From assembly GCF_000143415.4 (NCBI RefSeq), contig NW_003314261.1, forward strand, positions 124,001 through 188,000: a stretch of 64,000 nucleotides of DNA, given 5' to 3'. Shown here in pieces: positions 39,701-50,630 of this stretch. Numbering within the stretch: position 1 is the stretch's first letter; every line of letters begins with the position of its first letter. This DNA comes from Selaginella moellendorffii. Taxonomy: Eukaryota > Plantae > Lycopodiophyta. The notes below the pieces were generated by a model. It was not told the DNA's origin. It ran no database searches and was given only the letters and a program-made list of their open reading frames with translations. Both the position numbers and the translations under genes were made by a program.

Positions 39701-40600
39701 CAGAAAAGCAATAGGAAAAAAGGAGGTACAAATTATATTTGCAATGGCGTGTGGTCTCATGCCATTCCTTGCAGGAGAAACTTCTTCAAAGGCAAAACAG
39801 GCAAGCACCAGCCAAGCTCAAACTGACAGTGGTCATAAAAAGCGAAAGCACATTGGACAGTCGTCGAGATCAGAGGTGTTTGATTCGAAAAGGAAGAAGG
39901 GCAACGAAAAGATGATAGGTAATGCCTCGCGGTTATGGCGTGTGTGCTCATGCCATTCATTGCAGATCAAGGGCTGAGTGAAAGCAGGCAGTCACCACCT
40001 CATGAGTCAGATTCCTATGGCGGACTCCCCTTCCCCAATCTCAATGGAGAGGTACAATGGATGAGGGAAGCTTTTCAAGGCAGGGCCACGTTTTTCTCAT
40101 CTCGTCGTGTTCGAAGGGTGCAAGAACGTGCAGAAACCATGTTAAGACAGTCGGGTGAGGATACGGTCCTAGGTCATGCACTAAAACAGGCTATGGATGT
40201 CTTGTATTTTGAGATGGAAACTCGGCCAGATGATTTTCCCAAGATGGTCCTGGAAGAACAAGCCATCCAGCCTGAGCAGCCTATGGAAGAAATGCAGGAG
40301 GGGGATGAGGAGCCAGAGAAAGATAATGAGCAAGAAGAGCAGAAGGACGAAGAGGAGGACAAAGAAGAGGAGGACGAAGAAGAGGAAGACGAAGAGGACT
40401 TGGATGGTCCTCACAATGGTGACGATCACAATAACGACGACGACGATGATGACGATGATGGCCAGCCTGAGGTGGCCAAAGAGCGGCGGAGGAAGGTCAT
40501 ACAAGACAAACCATCAGGTAAATAATAATACATCCATTCCTAACCTTTTACCATTTCTAACATTGTCCATGTAGGTCGCAGAGCAAATGGTAAGTAGAGA
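36701..40600 (+). CDS. Element C cargo: multi-exon ParB/Srx-like + degenerate methyltransferase-fold protein with acidic tail
   Basis: 851-aa ORF 36922-39477. ParB-like YTIDVSRI...NHRLVSDEWVEKLK...FYAVSRQHSSLAM. C-terminal GKCVVEYNCGGLFFRAALLKGVPCVAV resembles motif I. GT-AG introns at 38122-38175, 39598-39653, 39726-39774, 39919-39965. D/E-rich exon 39966-40517. Start ATG at 36701 is tentative. Confidence 0.65.
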
Positions 40601-40767
40601 TTATTCAGTTGAATTTACAAACTCTAGCCTTTAGTGTCGAGGAAGGATAGTGCCAAGCAAGGGTCGAAACGTATGTCCAATCCTTCAGAATTAGCAGTGC
40701 GCCCAAGTGATATCGGTCCTAGTTCCTCAATAGCAGTTGATGGTAAATACAGTATAGTCGATTCAAT

Positions 40768-42284
40768 GTGCTAATGAGTTTGTTTTTAGTAGCACGGGAG
40801 GATACCATCTCAATCAAAGGGAGATATTTGGACATGCATATGGATCCGCCAGTGGACTCTACTTGGCTACAAGAGTCATCAGAGCTGGTGGAGGCTACTA
40901 TCCATATCAATGCCAAGCAAGCTGACCACGCTCCACTTGATGCTGCCCATACCACTGAGTCAATCTTGTCCACGTATCCAACTGACGGTGACCAGGCGCC
41001 ATTGGACCCACATGAGGCCGCCCCAGCCGCCGAGCCGGTCGTATCCTCATTTCCAACGGACTCAACGTGTGCCCAATCGTCTGACTACGCGCCGTTGGAA
41101 CCTCCCTACACCGCCCCTGCTGCCTGTTCGGTCATGTCCACTTTGCCAACGGAGGCACCAGCTGAAATGGCGTGTGATCACACGCCATCGGAACCACCCC
41201 ATGCCACTGTTGAGCCAGTTGTACCAGAGTCTACAGCTGAAATGGCATGTGCCCACACGCCATCGGATGCGATTGACCCCACATTGCAGAGGAGAGTATT
41301 TCCGCCCTTCACGTTTCCTCGACCAAAACCCTCTCAACGACCATCGGGAGCAACATTCGCTAATATTGTAGATGGTAAAATTGACTTGTACCATTTTTTA
41401 TGATGACGCATTTCATTTCAGAGTCACGGCGAAGGTACTGTATCGTTTTTGATCTGAACGGTGTCCTTTTCTCCCATGAGCGTGGCTCGTCCTCGAATGT
41501 CATTGCACCCTCCAAAGCCTGCGGTCGCAAGTTGGTCAAAAGAGACAGATTCACATTAATCACACGGGAGAAACTGCGGGATCTAATAATGACCATGCGA
41601 CACTTAAAACAGAGGGCCGGGTTCAATTTGCAATTGGGAGTTTGGACATCCATGATGCGCCACAATGCATTAACGTTGCTACAGATGATGCACGATCAGA
41701 CGCGAGTAATATTACCATTTGACTTTCTCCTAACGCAGGAGGATTGCTTGACTATGGTCCATGTGAGGGGTAGCAAGCCCATCTTCGTCAAGCCAGAGGC
41801 TGTAGTGATGAACCGGACTGCTAGCTCAAGTGAAATCCTCATCATCGATGACTCGCCGATTAAAACTGCAGCGAACACGCACACATATGCAGTGCACCCC
41901 ATCTCTTGCAGTATGGAAACTAGGGAGAAGAAACTGTATGTTCTGGGGGACCTTGCAAAACGGCTTGGAGCGATGGTGATAGAGAACCGGCCAGTCCAGG
42001 AGGTGGCTGCAGAAATCAACCAAATGGCAGATGGAATGGTATATCAGAAGCCATTTGATCGGACAGACACCAGTCATCATTTATGGCATGTATATTGTCT
42101 AGCCAAGCACTATCCGCATCTCCATAATCTGCTCAACCGGATGGGTTCTTCGACCACTGAACATGAGTGTGGACGTATTAGAGAAGAGATGGCATTACTA
42201 TTGGGTTTAAATCCTGATAGTGCGGAGAGTGATGAAATTCCAAGATTATTGTATAGGCGTTGGAGGCAAAAAATAACAGTCTGA
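40768..42284 (+). CDS. Pro/Ala-rich linker + FCP1/NIF-like HAD phosphatase domain, probably 3' exons of the cargo gene, with a frameshift near 41400
   Basis: ORF 41400-42284 has IVFDLNGVL, LGVWTS, TQEDC, KPIFVKP and ILIIDDSPIK, matching HAD motifs I-IV of FCP1-homology proteins. Confidence 0.78.
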
Positions 42285-43270
42285 GATGGCATGTATTTAT
42301 TTAAAAATGTAACTTATTATGGCATGGGGTTCCATGCCATTGTATTAATATTAAAAGACAATTCTTTGAGAGGATTTGCATTATACTAGAAGTGTTACAG
42401 CATGTTATTGGAAGTCTACAAAGTTGTTTTATTAATAAGGGGAAAGTAAAGATTGAATGGGGACTTGGGCTCCACCTAGACTCGGAGCAACTGAGCCAAT
42501 ATTAAAAGGATGGAAAGAAATTGGACGACGATGACAAGGAGAAGAGAGAGGTGAAGCAGTGGCAGGGGGAGGAGAAGTGATTGAGTAGACATTTCCTTGT
42601 TTAAAATAAAATGGCATGTGCCTCAATGCAGTTGAATTTTGTTATATTTATATACTATATAAAGGTTTGGAAACCTTATTTTACAAGTGGGATAATGACA
42701 ATTCCCACTTTAACGAAATAGAGCTTCTCAGCTGGTTCATCAACCTGGCCGCGAACAGCCTCAGCAACCGAAGGCACAGCACCCCCACCACCGCCAACAT
42801 CAGATACAAGTACCCCACCACCAGTACCCGCAGCCTCAGGAGCACCAGTACCAACAGCCTCAATAACACCAACATTGATTTGAGTGTTCATCTCAACATC
42901 CACGTCATTGTTATGCTCATCGTTGCCTCTAGCATGACTAGCTGAAACTTCATTGGATACTTGAGATGAATCTCCACTCAATCGGCCAAGCCCACAGCGA
43001 TCAAGGCGGCTGCCTTTTCCTGGAGATCGAGACCATTGAGGCTGGCCTCGGCACTTCCTCTAAAATAAAAAGCAAAACTATTATAACATCTAACTTGTAA
43101 TGTAAAGAAAACTTGTGGCATTTTAAGTTCAAGTCCCTTGTTGGAAGTTTTAAGCAGTCAAGTTTGATTTATATCTACTCTCACAAGAAAATTTTGTAAG
43201 TAAAAGATGTGAAAAATAGATTGTAAACTACAAGAAATGCAAAGGAAAAAAACATAAGTCACTGGGAGAG

Positions 43271-43784
43271 GTTGGTTCGCGCGAGAACTGACCTCACCCT
43301 ACCTCTCGAGAAAAAGGAAAAACACAACAAGAATACGGGAGAGGTTGGTTCGCGCAAGAACCGACATCTTCCACCCTCTACTTTTCACATGAAATGCCCC
43401 ATCAAGTCAATGAAAAAAAAAAAAAAACCTTGAAGATGTCGGTTCGCACAAGAACCGACATTTCAATCTCTCTCTGTTTTCTAAAATATAGAAATCTCAC
43501 CACTAGAAACATGAAAAAAATCAAGAAAGCTCGCTTCTAGAAAAAATGAAGGTGGGGAGACGTTGGTTCGCGCGCGAACCGATCTTTCCCACCCCTTCAA
43601 CAAGGAAAAAAAAAAAAAAACAAGGTAGAGATGGGCAAAAAGCTAAACAGAAAATGAAATAGAATGCTAGGAGATGTCGGTTCGCACAAGAACCGACATC
43701 TCTATCCCTCAAGAGAAAACAAAAGTTGAGAAAATAGAATGGAATAAAGAAAGTGAGAAGACGTCGGTTCGCATGCGAACCGAC
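43271..43784. repeat. Six spaced 22-bp palindromes GTYGGTTC-N6-GAACCGAC
   Basis: Copies start at about 43271, 43344, 43438, 43562, 43676 and 43763, separated by A-rich spacers. Lies between the divergent locus B genes. Confidence 0.92.
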
Positions 43785-44239
43785 CTTCTCAAGGAAGCAT
43801 ACCTTGTTTGAGGAGCGTCTTGAAGCACATTGCTTGATTGAAGCGCCTTTCACTCACCCTTCCCTGCTCAAGCGCGCCTTTCTCTTGCCCTTTGCTGCTC
43901 AAACCCTAGGCGTAAAACCCTAAAAATCAACGGACGCGATCAACAGTCACGATCAATGGCCATGATTTTCATTCTCTTTGATGGTGATCAACGGACACAA
44001 TCTTTCAATGTTTTAGGTATTAAGATATGTATAATTGATTGTGAGAGGAATAATATTGTTGAAATGAATGTGGTTATGAGTGAGAAGCGCCAGTCAATCA
44101 CAAAAGTTGTAGCATTGATTGTTTGTTTTCCCTCTCATCTCCATGCTCTCTTCCCTTCAAGAGAGTTTCATTCTTTTGTGACGAGTGAGAGAGACTCAAG
44201 CTCGGAAAGGTTGGTTCGTGTGTGGTTTTTTCTCGACAG

Positions 44240-46082
44240 TGGTGTGGGAGAGAATGGGATTCAATGGGATCTTGATAGATGTACAGGTCAGGAGATTCTA
44301 GTTACAGGATCTTCAAAACGAGGAGAGGAGAATGCATCGATTTCAAAGCCAACTGTGAAAGGAGTGAAGGATGAAGTTGTTATTCTCTCCAGTGACGAAA
44401 GTGAAGAAGATGAACTTCCCGACATAGCTGCCCAGACAAGTAGGTGTGTTCCTTCTAGACCAGCTTTTGAAGTGGTGGATAAGGCATTTCGGCAATCTCG
44501 ATCATTACGGTTGGAATTGAAGGAGTTCCAGTACATAAGAGGTGAGGAGCTTCCTTCTTCCTATAATGGGAATATATTCTTCGAGTTTCCACCAACAAGT
44601 TCGTCAAGTAGGAAAAGGGGTATGGAGACGCGTCTTGATCCACATAATTGGTGTAGAGTAAAGACGACCCACTTCTCTCATTTCGATGGATCTGTGTCCA
44701 TAGTCCATTGTGGTGGACAGCTTCAGTGTGTCACTGAGAAATGCATTTCTGATCATGGCAAGAATATGTGTTTCTTTGAAGGCTCAGCGATCAATCCCTC
44801 TAGGCGTGATGAAGCTGCTACAGGATTTAGATGTCGCAAATGTGGGGCAACACCTATGTGTCAAGCATGTTGCGATGCGAAAATGTATTATTTTCTTCCA
44901 CGGGATGGATGTTTAGGCAGAGCAGCAGTGCATGTTGGATACCATCAACACGCAATCGAGGATGGAATCCGCCGTGATTCTTTTTGCAATTTGAAGACTG
45001 CTGTTACTACAGAGGCTAGGAAGAAAAGTGCAGCAACTCCAAAGTGTGTTCAACAGTCTATACTAAAGGACTATGTGGTGGACATGTTGCTACAATCTGA
45101 TAGCAAAAAAGAGTTCACGGAGAATAGCTTGAAGGAGCTACTTCGAAATATAGAACCCATGACAAATTTAAATAGGTATAAAATTAACACTTAACTCTAC
45201 TTTATCACTAATAACACTCTTTTATTTGGTAGAATAAAGAACTGGATGCGAGAAGGGCGAGATGGAAAGCTTCAATCTGGATTGGATGGGATTTTGGAGC
45301 TAAAAAGAAAATGTCCCTATGAGTTTATTCATGGGAGCTTATTCGTTGGCCAAGTGACTTCAAACAATCAATGCCCTTTCATCTTTAAGATGTCTACCCT
45401 TGGTCTTGCTTCTGGTGTGGACCTTGTACAACGAATGGATATGGATGGAGATGGGGATTTGGCTAATTCTTGGATCCATTTTGACCATATGGAACGAGTT
45501 TCAGGCTGGTCAACAATGGGAGCTCATGTTTATGATCACAAGTAAGTGGCTTTTCATTTTTGAAGGATCCATACCGATTTACATTATAACCATTCTTTTT
45601 ATAGGTTGCAGTGCAATTTGACTATAGCTATAGCTGAATTCAAGGTTCAAGATTTTCAAGCACAAACCGTCTTTTGGACATGTATGTCCGAGGTTGTTGA
45701 ATAGCGAACTGGGAAGAAACCCAACTTCCGTGGTTTCATGGCAGATGCAGCTGGTGCTAACTGGTTGGCTGTACGACAAGTATTCGGAGGTGATAAAAGT
45801 CAGCCATTACAAGGTAGAGAGAAGAGTTGTGAGTTTCATTGGGCAAAGAGCGTCAATGAACATTGCCGATGCATCAAGTCTACCTTCCATCACGAGTTCA
45901 AGCAACTTTGTCGGGAATGGATGGATGCACCAACTAAAGAGGAGCATGAGGCAAAGGCAAATGAAATGCGTATATGGTGGCGTGAAGGAGACAAAGTGCC
46001 AATTGAAAACCTTCCACAAATGGAATGCTGGCTTGCATGGTGGGAAGTTCGAATGTTTCAGTGGGGTCATTATACTCTCCAT
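44240..46082 (+). pseudogene. Mutator-like (MULE) DDE transposase with GCM/WRKY-like Zn-binding N-terminus, 3'-truncated
   Basis: W..VKT...C.G.L.C...C, CRKC...CDAKMYY...VHVGYHQH, then WIHFDHM, GFMADAAGANW and KSCEFHW (CxxH). Short introns near 45176-45232 and 45542-45604, one in-frame stop. A Gypsy LTR inserts at 46094 just after a GT donor. Confidence 0.72.
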
Positions 46083-46093
46083 GTAAGCTTTCT

Positions 46094-48185
46094 TGTTAGG
46101 CGTCAGCTTTGACTACGTGGTCAACGTCGGTCAAAGGGAGGCTCAAGGGTATATTAAGGCATGTTAGGGTAAGGGACTTAACCTACCCTAGGGCTCACAG
46201 TGGAGCGGCGGCGCAGTGGAGCTTTTGAGGTAGCTTGGGGGTGGTTGGGTGGTGAGGAACCTCAAGAGGTGGCGTAGCATAGTCTAGGGCAACTAGATCT
46301 TTGTCTTTTTGCGCCGGATCTCATAACATTGGTATCAGAGGAGTTGGTTGCGATGGCCGACCAAGTTGAACACTGGAATCCTATCGTCGATGGTGGTGCC
46401 GACGATGGTGCCGACGAAGCTGCGGAGATTTGGACCATTCAAGATGTGGTTCATGAGCTACGAGCCCTTAATAAAAATCAGCAAGAGATGCAAGACGAGA
46501 TGCATGGCATGATGGATACCATGCGTGGGTGTGTTGAGGCACTCGAGGCTGGACGGGGTAGCGCTCCAAGTAAGCCTTCTTTGGTAGATCGACTCAAGAT
46601 TCCAACTTTTTCTGGTGATGGTGGTGTGGACGAGTGTCTCGCTTGGCTAGCCAATGTGAAGAAGTTCTTGGCTGCTAGAGGAACTCCAGATGCAGAGGCT
46701 TTAGTGGCTATTCCGATGGTTTTGCGTGATGCGGGTCTTCGATGGTGGAATTGGCTTGAGGAGTCCCGTGTTGCAGATAAGAAACCACTAGTGTCTACCA
46801 TGGATGAGTTTGAGGCTGCTTTCCGTTTACGTTTTGCCCCTCATTACGATGTGGAGAATGCTCGTACAGAACTTCGCTATTTTCCAGCAAGGGAAAATGA
46901 CACTCGGGGATTATATTGAGAAGCTTACTCGCTTGATTAGTCGTGTTCCAACGAAGGATCCAGATCAGAACAAGTCCTACTTCATTGATGGCCTACATAG
47001 TGAGAGCATGCGGCAACACTTGCGTCATTCTCAGCCTACAAAGAGTTTGGAGGAGCTCTTTGATGCGGCTCGTCGACTTGACAATGACAAGCACAAGTCT
47101 CGCAAGCGTTCGCGAAGTCCTTCTGTCGAGAATCGTCATGATGATTGCCGTGGACACAAGGATGGGAACAAGCATCACAAGTTGAAGTCGGTGGTGACTA
47201 CTTCAGATGCAAAGGGGTCCAAGAAGCAGAAGTTCTTTGTGAAGAATTATAGACAAGGTTGTCATCATTGCGGCGAACTTGGACACTACAAGGCTGATTG
47301 TCCGCAGTTGAAGAACAAGCAGCAGGACAAGAAGAATGGCCAATCATCTTCTCACGGTAAGTCAGATACTAAAAGGTTGCAAGCTTTACAGCGTGAGGAT
47401 GACGAGAACGACCATTCCGGTCGGAGGAAGAGACTTTCGATCGTTGCTCGTCAACTCAACTGTGTGTGGAACAAGATGGAGCTCGAGGATACGCGTGAAT
47501 CAGCTTTAATGCTGGAGGGCGTGTTCCGTGGCGATCCAGTGCGGATTTTACTGGATAGTGGGAGCGATGACAACTTTGTTTTGGCAAAGTTTGTTGCGGA
47601 GCATCGCCTGAACACACGTGGAGTTCTTCCATACATAGTGGAAGGTGCAGCTACCTCTACTCAGCATTTTGATGCTTGTGTCGAGGGGCTGGAAGTGTTG
47701 GTTGGCAAAACCACACTTGTGGAGACTTTTTATCTCGCAGATATCCATCGTGTGGATCTCATTCTTGGGATGCCATGGTTGGTGAAGGTGGATCCAGAGA
47801 TAAAGTGGAGCATTAAACGTATCTCGCTGGAGTATGGTGGCGTTAAAGATGTGTGGTTTGGCGAGAGCGTTCAATCACCAGTTGTTATGCTCTCTGCTAC
47901 ATCTTTGAAGCGGGCTTGTCGTAATGGAAAAGCACTTTCAAGTTACTTGCTGTTTGTTCGTGACTTGGGGGACCAAGGCACGTGTGGGGGAGAAGCAGCA
48001 GTACGGGATGTACTTGATGAGTTTTCTGATGTTTTTCCATCTGAACTTCCTCATGGATTGCCTCCATTACGAGGTGTGGAGCATGGGATTACATTGGAGC
48101 CGGGGACGCGGCCAATTTACCGGCGTCCATTTCGGTTAAGTTATGCGGAGGAGCAAGAAGTTCAACGACAAGTCAAGGAGTTACC
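46094..48185 (+). mobile_element. Short-LTR Gypsy copy 2: 5' LTR, gag, protease, truncated at the RT start
   Basis: LTR 46094-46328, PBS TTGGTATCAGAG, ORFs 46329-46919 and 46804-48192 (CHHCGELGHYKADC, LLDSGS). Least decayed copy. Confidence 0.93.
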
Positions 48186-48189
48186 ATTT

Positions 48190-49527
48190 TGAGGACTTGT
48201 GTCCTCTTCTGTATTTGACCTCTCATGGTCATCAATTCCGGTCTCAAAGTTATGAGCACCAGCCTCAACTATATGAGGGTAATCTTGTGACTCCTTTATT
48301 GTTTTGGAGTTTGCATCTTTCCTGTGATCCTAACTATAGTTGTTTACCACAACTATGTTAGCCTGTTTGTTGCATCAAACGCTCATTTAGATCACATCCT
48401 CACGCAATGAGGAAAGCCTTACACTATTCCCAAGATCCCAAAGTTGTTCCATCATTAGCCCTTTTCTATCCACCACCTTGCCTACAAGTTCACACGTGAA
48501 CTGTAGTGGAGAGCCATGTCTTCCTGACTTGCTACTCTTCAAGGACAAACCCACTCTTAGGACCTTCTGATGCCAACACTAGTGGTGATATACTTCAGCA
48601 CCAATAAAAGTCAGACTAAGGAACAGCTCCGATACTAAATTGTAAGGGGCTAAATTTTCCATTCTACTTTAGTCACTTAACCACACCTCTGACCACTTGG
48701 AGGAGTTTCATTCAAAACCTCCTTAAGTCCAATTCAGGACTTGGGACTTGCTAGTCCCGAGAATGGCATCCATGCCACTCATCCCTTGCACTTGGTCCAA
48801 GTGCTCCACATGTCCAGTCCCAAGACCGACACCCAAAGGTACTACTGACATATCAACCTGTTACGCTAAGGCCATGCCCATTCACCTTTGCCACACTAGT
48901 GGTCCAATACCACTTGCATTACAATCCCATTTCTCTAAGACTAGGCCGTCCATCCACAAATGGTCATCCCAGATCCACTCCTTAGCATCCTTAGGATGCC
49001 CACAGACATGGGGAATAGCCTTCCCCAACATCCCTTTGTCAGTTCTTGCCAAGTCCCTTTTCCGTCCATGGCCATGTTTACTAACATTGCCACTAGATCA
49101 AAGTTGCAGGCTCGGCCACTAAGTCCCATTGTCCTCTAGGACTTCCTCACCACGTGATCGTATCCGTAGTCACTACACTAAAGGACTGCTCCTCCTCCTT
49201 ACCCCCATTTGGGACTTTGGGACAACATTTCGGAACACTGTGGCCCTACGTGAGCCCCGTGGGTACTCTCCCCACCTTCCGCCTTTAGGTGCTCTCACTT
49301 CCACGTGTCATGCGTTGGTCCTTTTGGGTCCCTTTTTGGAGCCTCGTTTATTGCTCGCTTCATGCTCGTTCCTTGAGCACTCCGTTGGGAGTTCCACTCC
49401 CGCTCTCGACCTTTCAAGTCGGAGCCTTTTAGTCCAAACGTGTTACGCTCGTTTGGCTTTTGCTTCGGCCACTACCACGTGGCACCCTTTCGGCTCCACT
49501 TTGGGGCTTAGGGATTTGTGTCTCACA
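48190..49527 (-). mobile_element. Long-LTR family: internally deleted 5' LTR (48641-49527), PBS and leader
   Basis: LTR lacks the ~870-bp block containing the minisatellite. PBS-like sequence on the minus strand at 48624-48640. Leader matches 60571-61020. Confidence 0.88.
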
Positions 49528-50630
49528 GAAGTGTCATGAGGGTAGGCCCATAGAGCCAATGGTGTGGAGATACCAAATGTTCCAAAATGTGATGCCTTGA
49601 GGTCAAGTTAGTTAGTTCATGAGAACATTTTACCAAAGGAATTCCAATAGAAATAAGGTTGGCATAACCTAAGTTGGAAGACATATAATTTGAGTGCGTT
49701 GACCCAAATAATGATGGAGGTGTGGAAGCATTAGCAATGAGTTGTAGGAATTAACGACTATGAGGCAACTAAGCAAAAGATGTAACATAATTGATTGTAT
49801 TGGTGGAACTTAACTTCCCAACTTTGTTTATCAGGATAAAGAAGCTAAATATATCCTTTAGGGGATAAATTATTTATGTTTCGATATAGTGAGTTAATGT
49901 TATAAAAGGATATACCTATTGTTAAAGAAGTCCATTATTAAAACATTTAAACACTCTAAAACACCTAGGAAATGGTGTTTGGTATCATGAAAGCACTAGA
50001 TAAGGCCCAAAGGACTAAGTCTTTAATGAATAATGGATATGAAGTGTTATCTAACATCTAAAATTGCAAAGATGTTTGTTTGTCCATATTCACTCTAACC
50101 TTGGATTCCTTAGTGGATATATAGTCACCTAACACATGGGTATAGTTTTCTTTAGTCACACTAACCTTTCCTGGGTAAACTGGTTCACTAGAGTCCAACA
50201 CCCACATTCTCCCTACTATACTTTTGGAACCCCTTGCAGCTATGCCCCCTGCCCTAGGGGACGATCGCTTTGGGCTTTCACCCAACAGTCTGTATTAGTA
50301 ATTCAAACTCGGACTTGGACTTGGACTCGAACTCGAACTCAATCTTGAACTCGGACTCGGTCTTGGTCTCAATTCCATCTCGAACTCCAACTCGGACTCC
50401 ATCTCAAGCCCATCTCGAACTCCATCTCAAGGTCCATCTTTCATTCCATCTTGAGTTCGTCTCAGTCTCCATCTCAGGTCCATTTCGAACTCCATCTCAG
50501 ACTCCATCTTGAGCTCTATCTGGGGCTCCATCTCACACTCGATCTTGGACTCCATCTCGAACTTTGTCTCGAGTCCATCTCAGGTCCATCTCAAACTCCA
50601 CTTTTGAGGCTTTGGGATTTATATCTCATA
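49528..50630. mobile_element. Old fragments of the long-LTR family (internal piece on +, LTR piece on -)
   Basis: 49528-50060 resembles 61585-62110. 50080-50630 resembles 12990-13940 with a decayed minisatellite. Confidence 0.75.

Larger units (their letters stand above)
30391..42726. mobile_element. Element C: complete 12,336-bp cargo-carrying TIR DNA transposon, Sola/DUF7869-type
   Basis: Perfect 24-bp TIR AAGCTCTATTTCGTTAAAGTGGGA at both ends, 4-bp TSD CTCA (30387-30390, 42727-42730), repeated TGGGA cores subterminally, encodes a transposase. Confidence 0.93.
26900..43040 (-). pseudogene. Locus B ParB/Srx-like + beta-class DNA methyltransferase-like gene, split by element C (5' part 42727-43040, rest 26900-30390)
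   Basis: Frame joins across the CTCA TSD (...DEPAE|DIIGSVV...). ParB-like FLVPLCRLV...R and, after a premature stop at 29913, WVIDRNHRWLAF. C-terminal IDFIFFDL (motif IV position) and LLELFCPRRGIVLDATAGFGSMVQAAKETGRAVFALEKE (motif I). ~50-nt introns. Confidence 0.8.
26661..46093. mobile_element. Locus B: large Mutator-like DNA transposon with divergent ParB-MTase and transposase genes, interrupted by element C and truncated by a Gypsy
   Basis: Left edge is where retroelement homology stops (~26661, followed by AAGTCAATGA repeats). Contains the two genes below. The right end is not seen, so TIR and TSD cannot be verified. Confidence 0.55.

Noticed and set aside
2493-43040. Bacterial contamination or a restriction-modification locus explaining the ParB/MTase motifs
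   Set aside because: The genes have spliceosomal GT-AG introns and are nested with plant retroelements and TSD-flanked insertions.
43271-43784. CRISPR-like look of spaced palindromic repeats
   Set aside because: Spacers are uneven (about 50-100 bp) and low-complexity A-rich, repeats are degenerate, no cas genes are present and the context is eukaryotic.
46860-46920. Programmed gag-pol frameshift in Gypsy copy 2
   Set aside because: The shift lies within gag and copy 1 has one fewer T at this spot, so it is a copy-specific indel.
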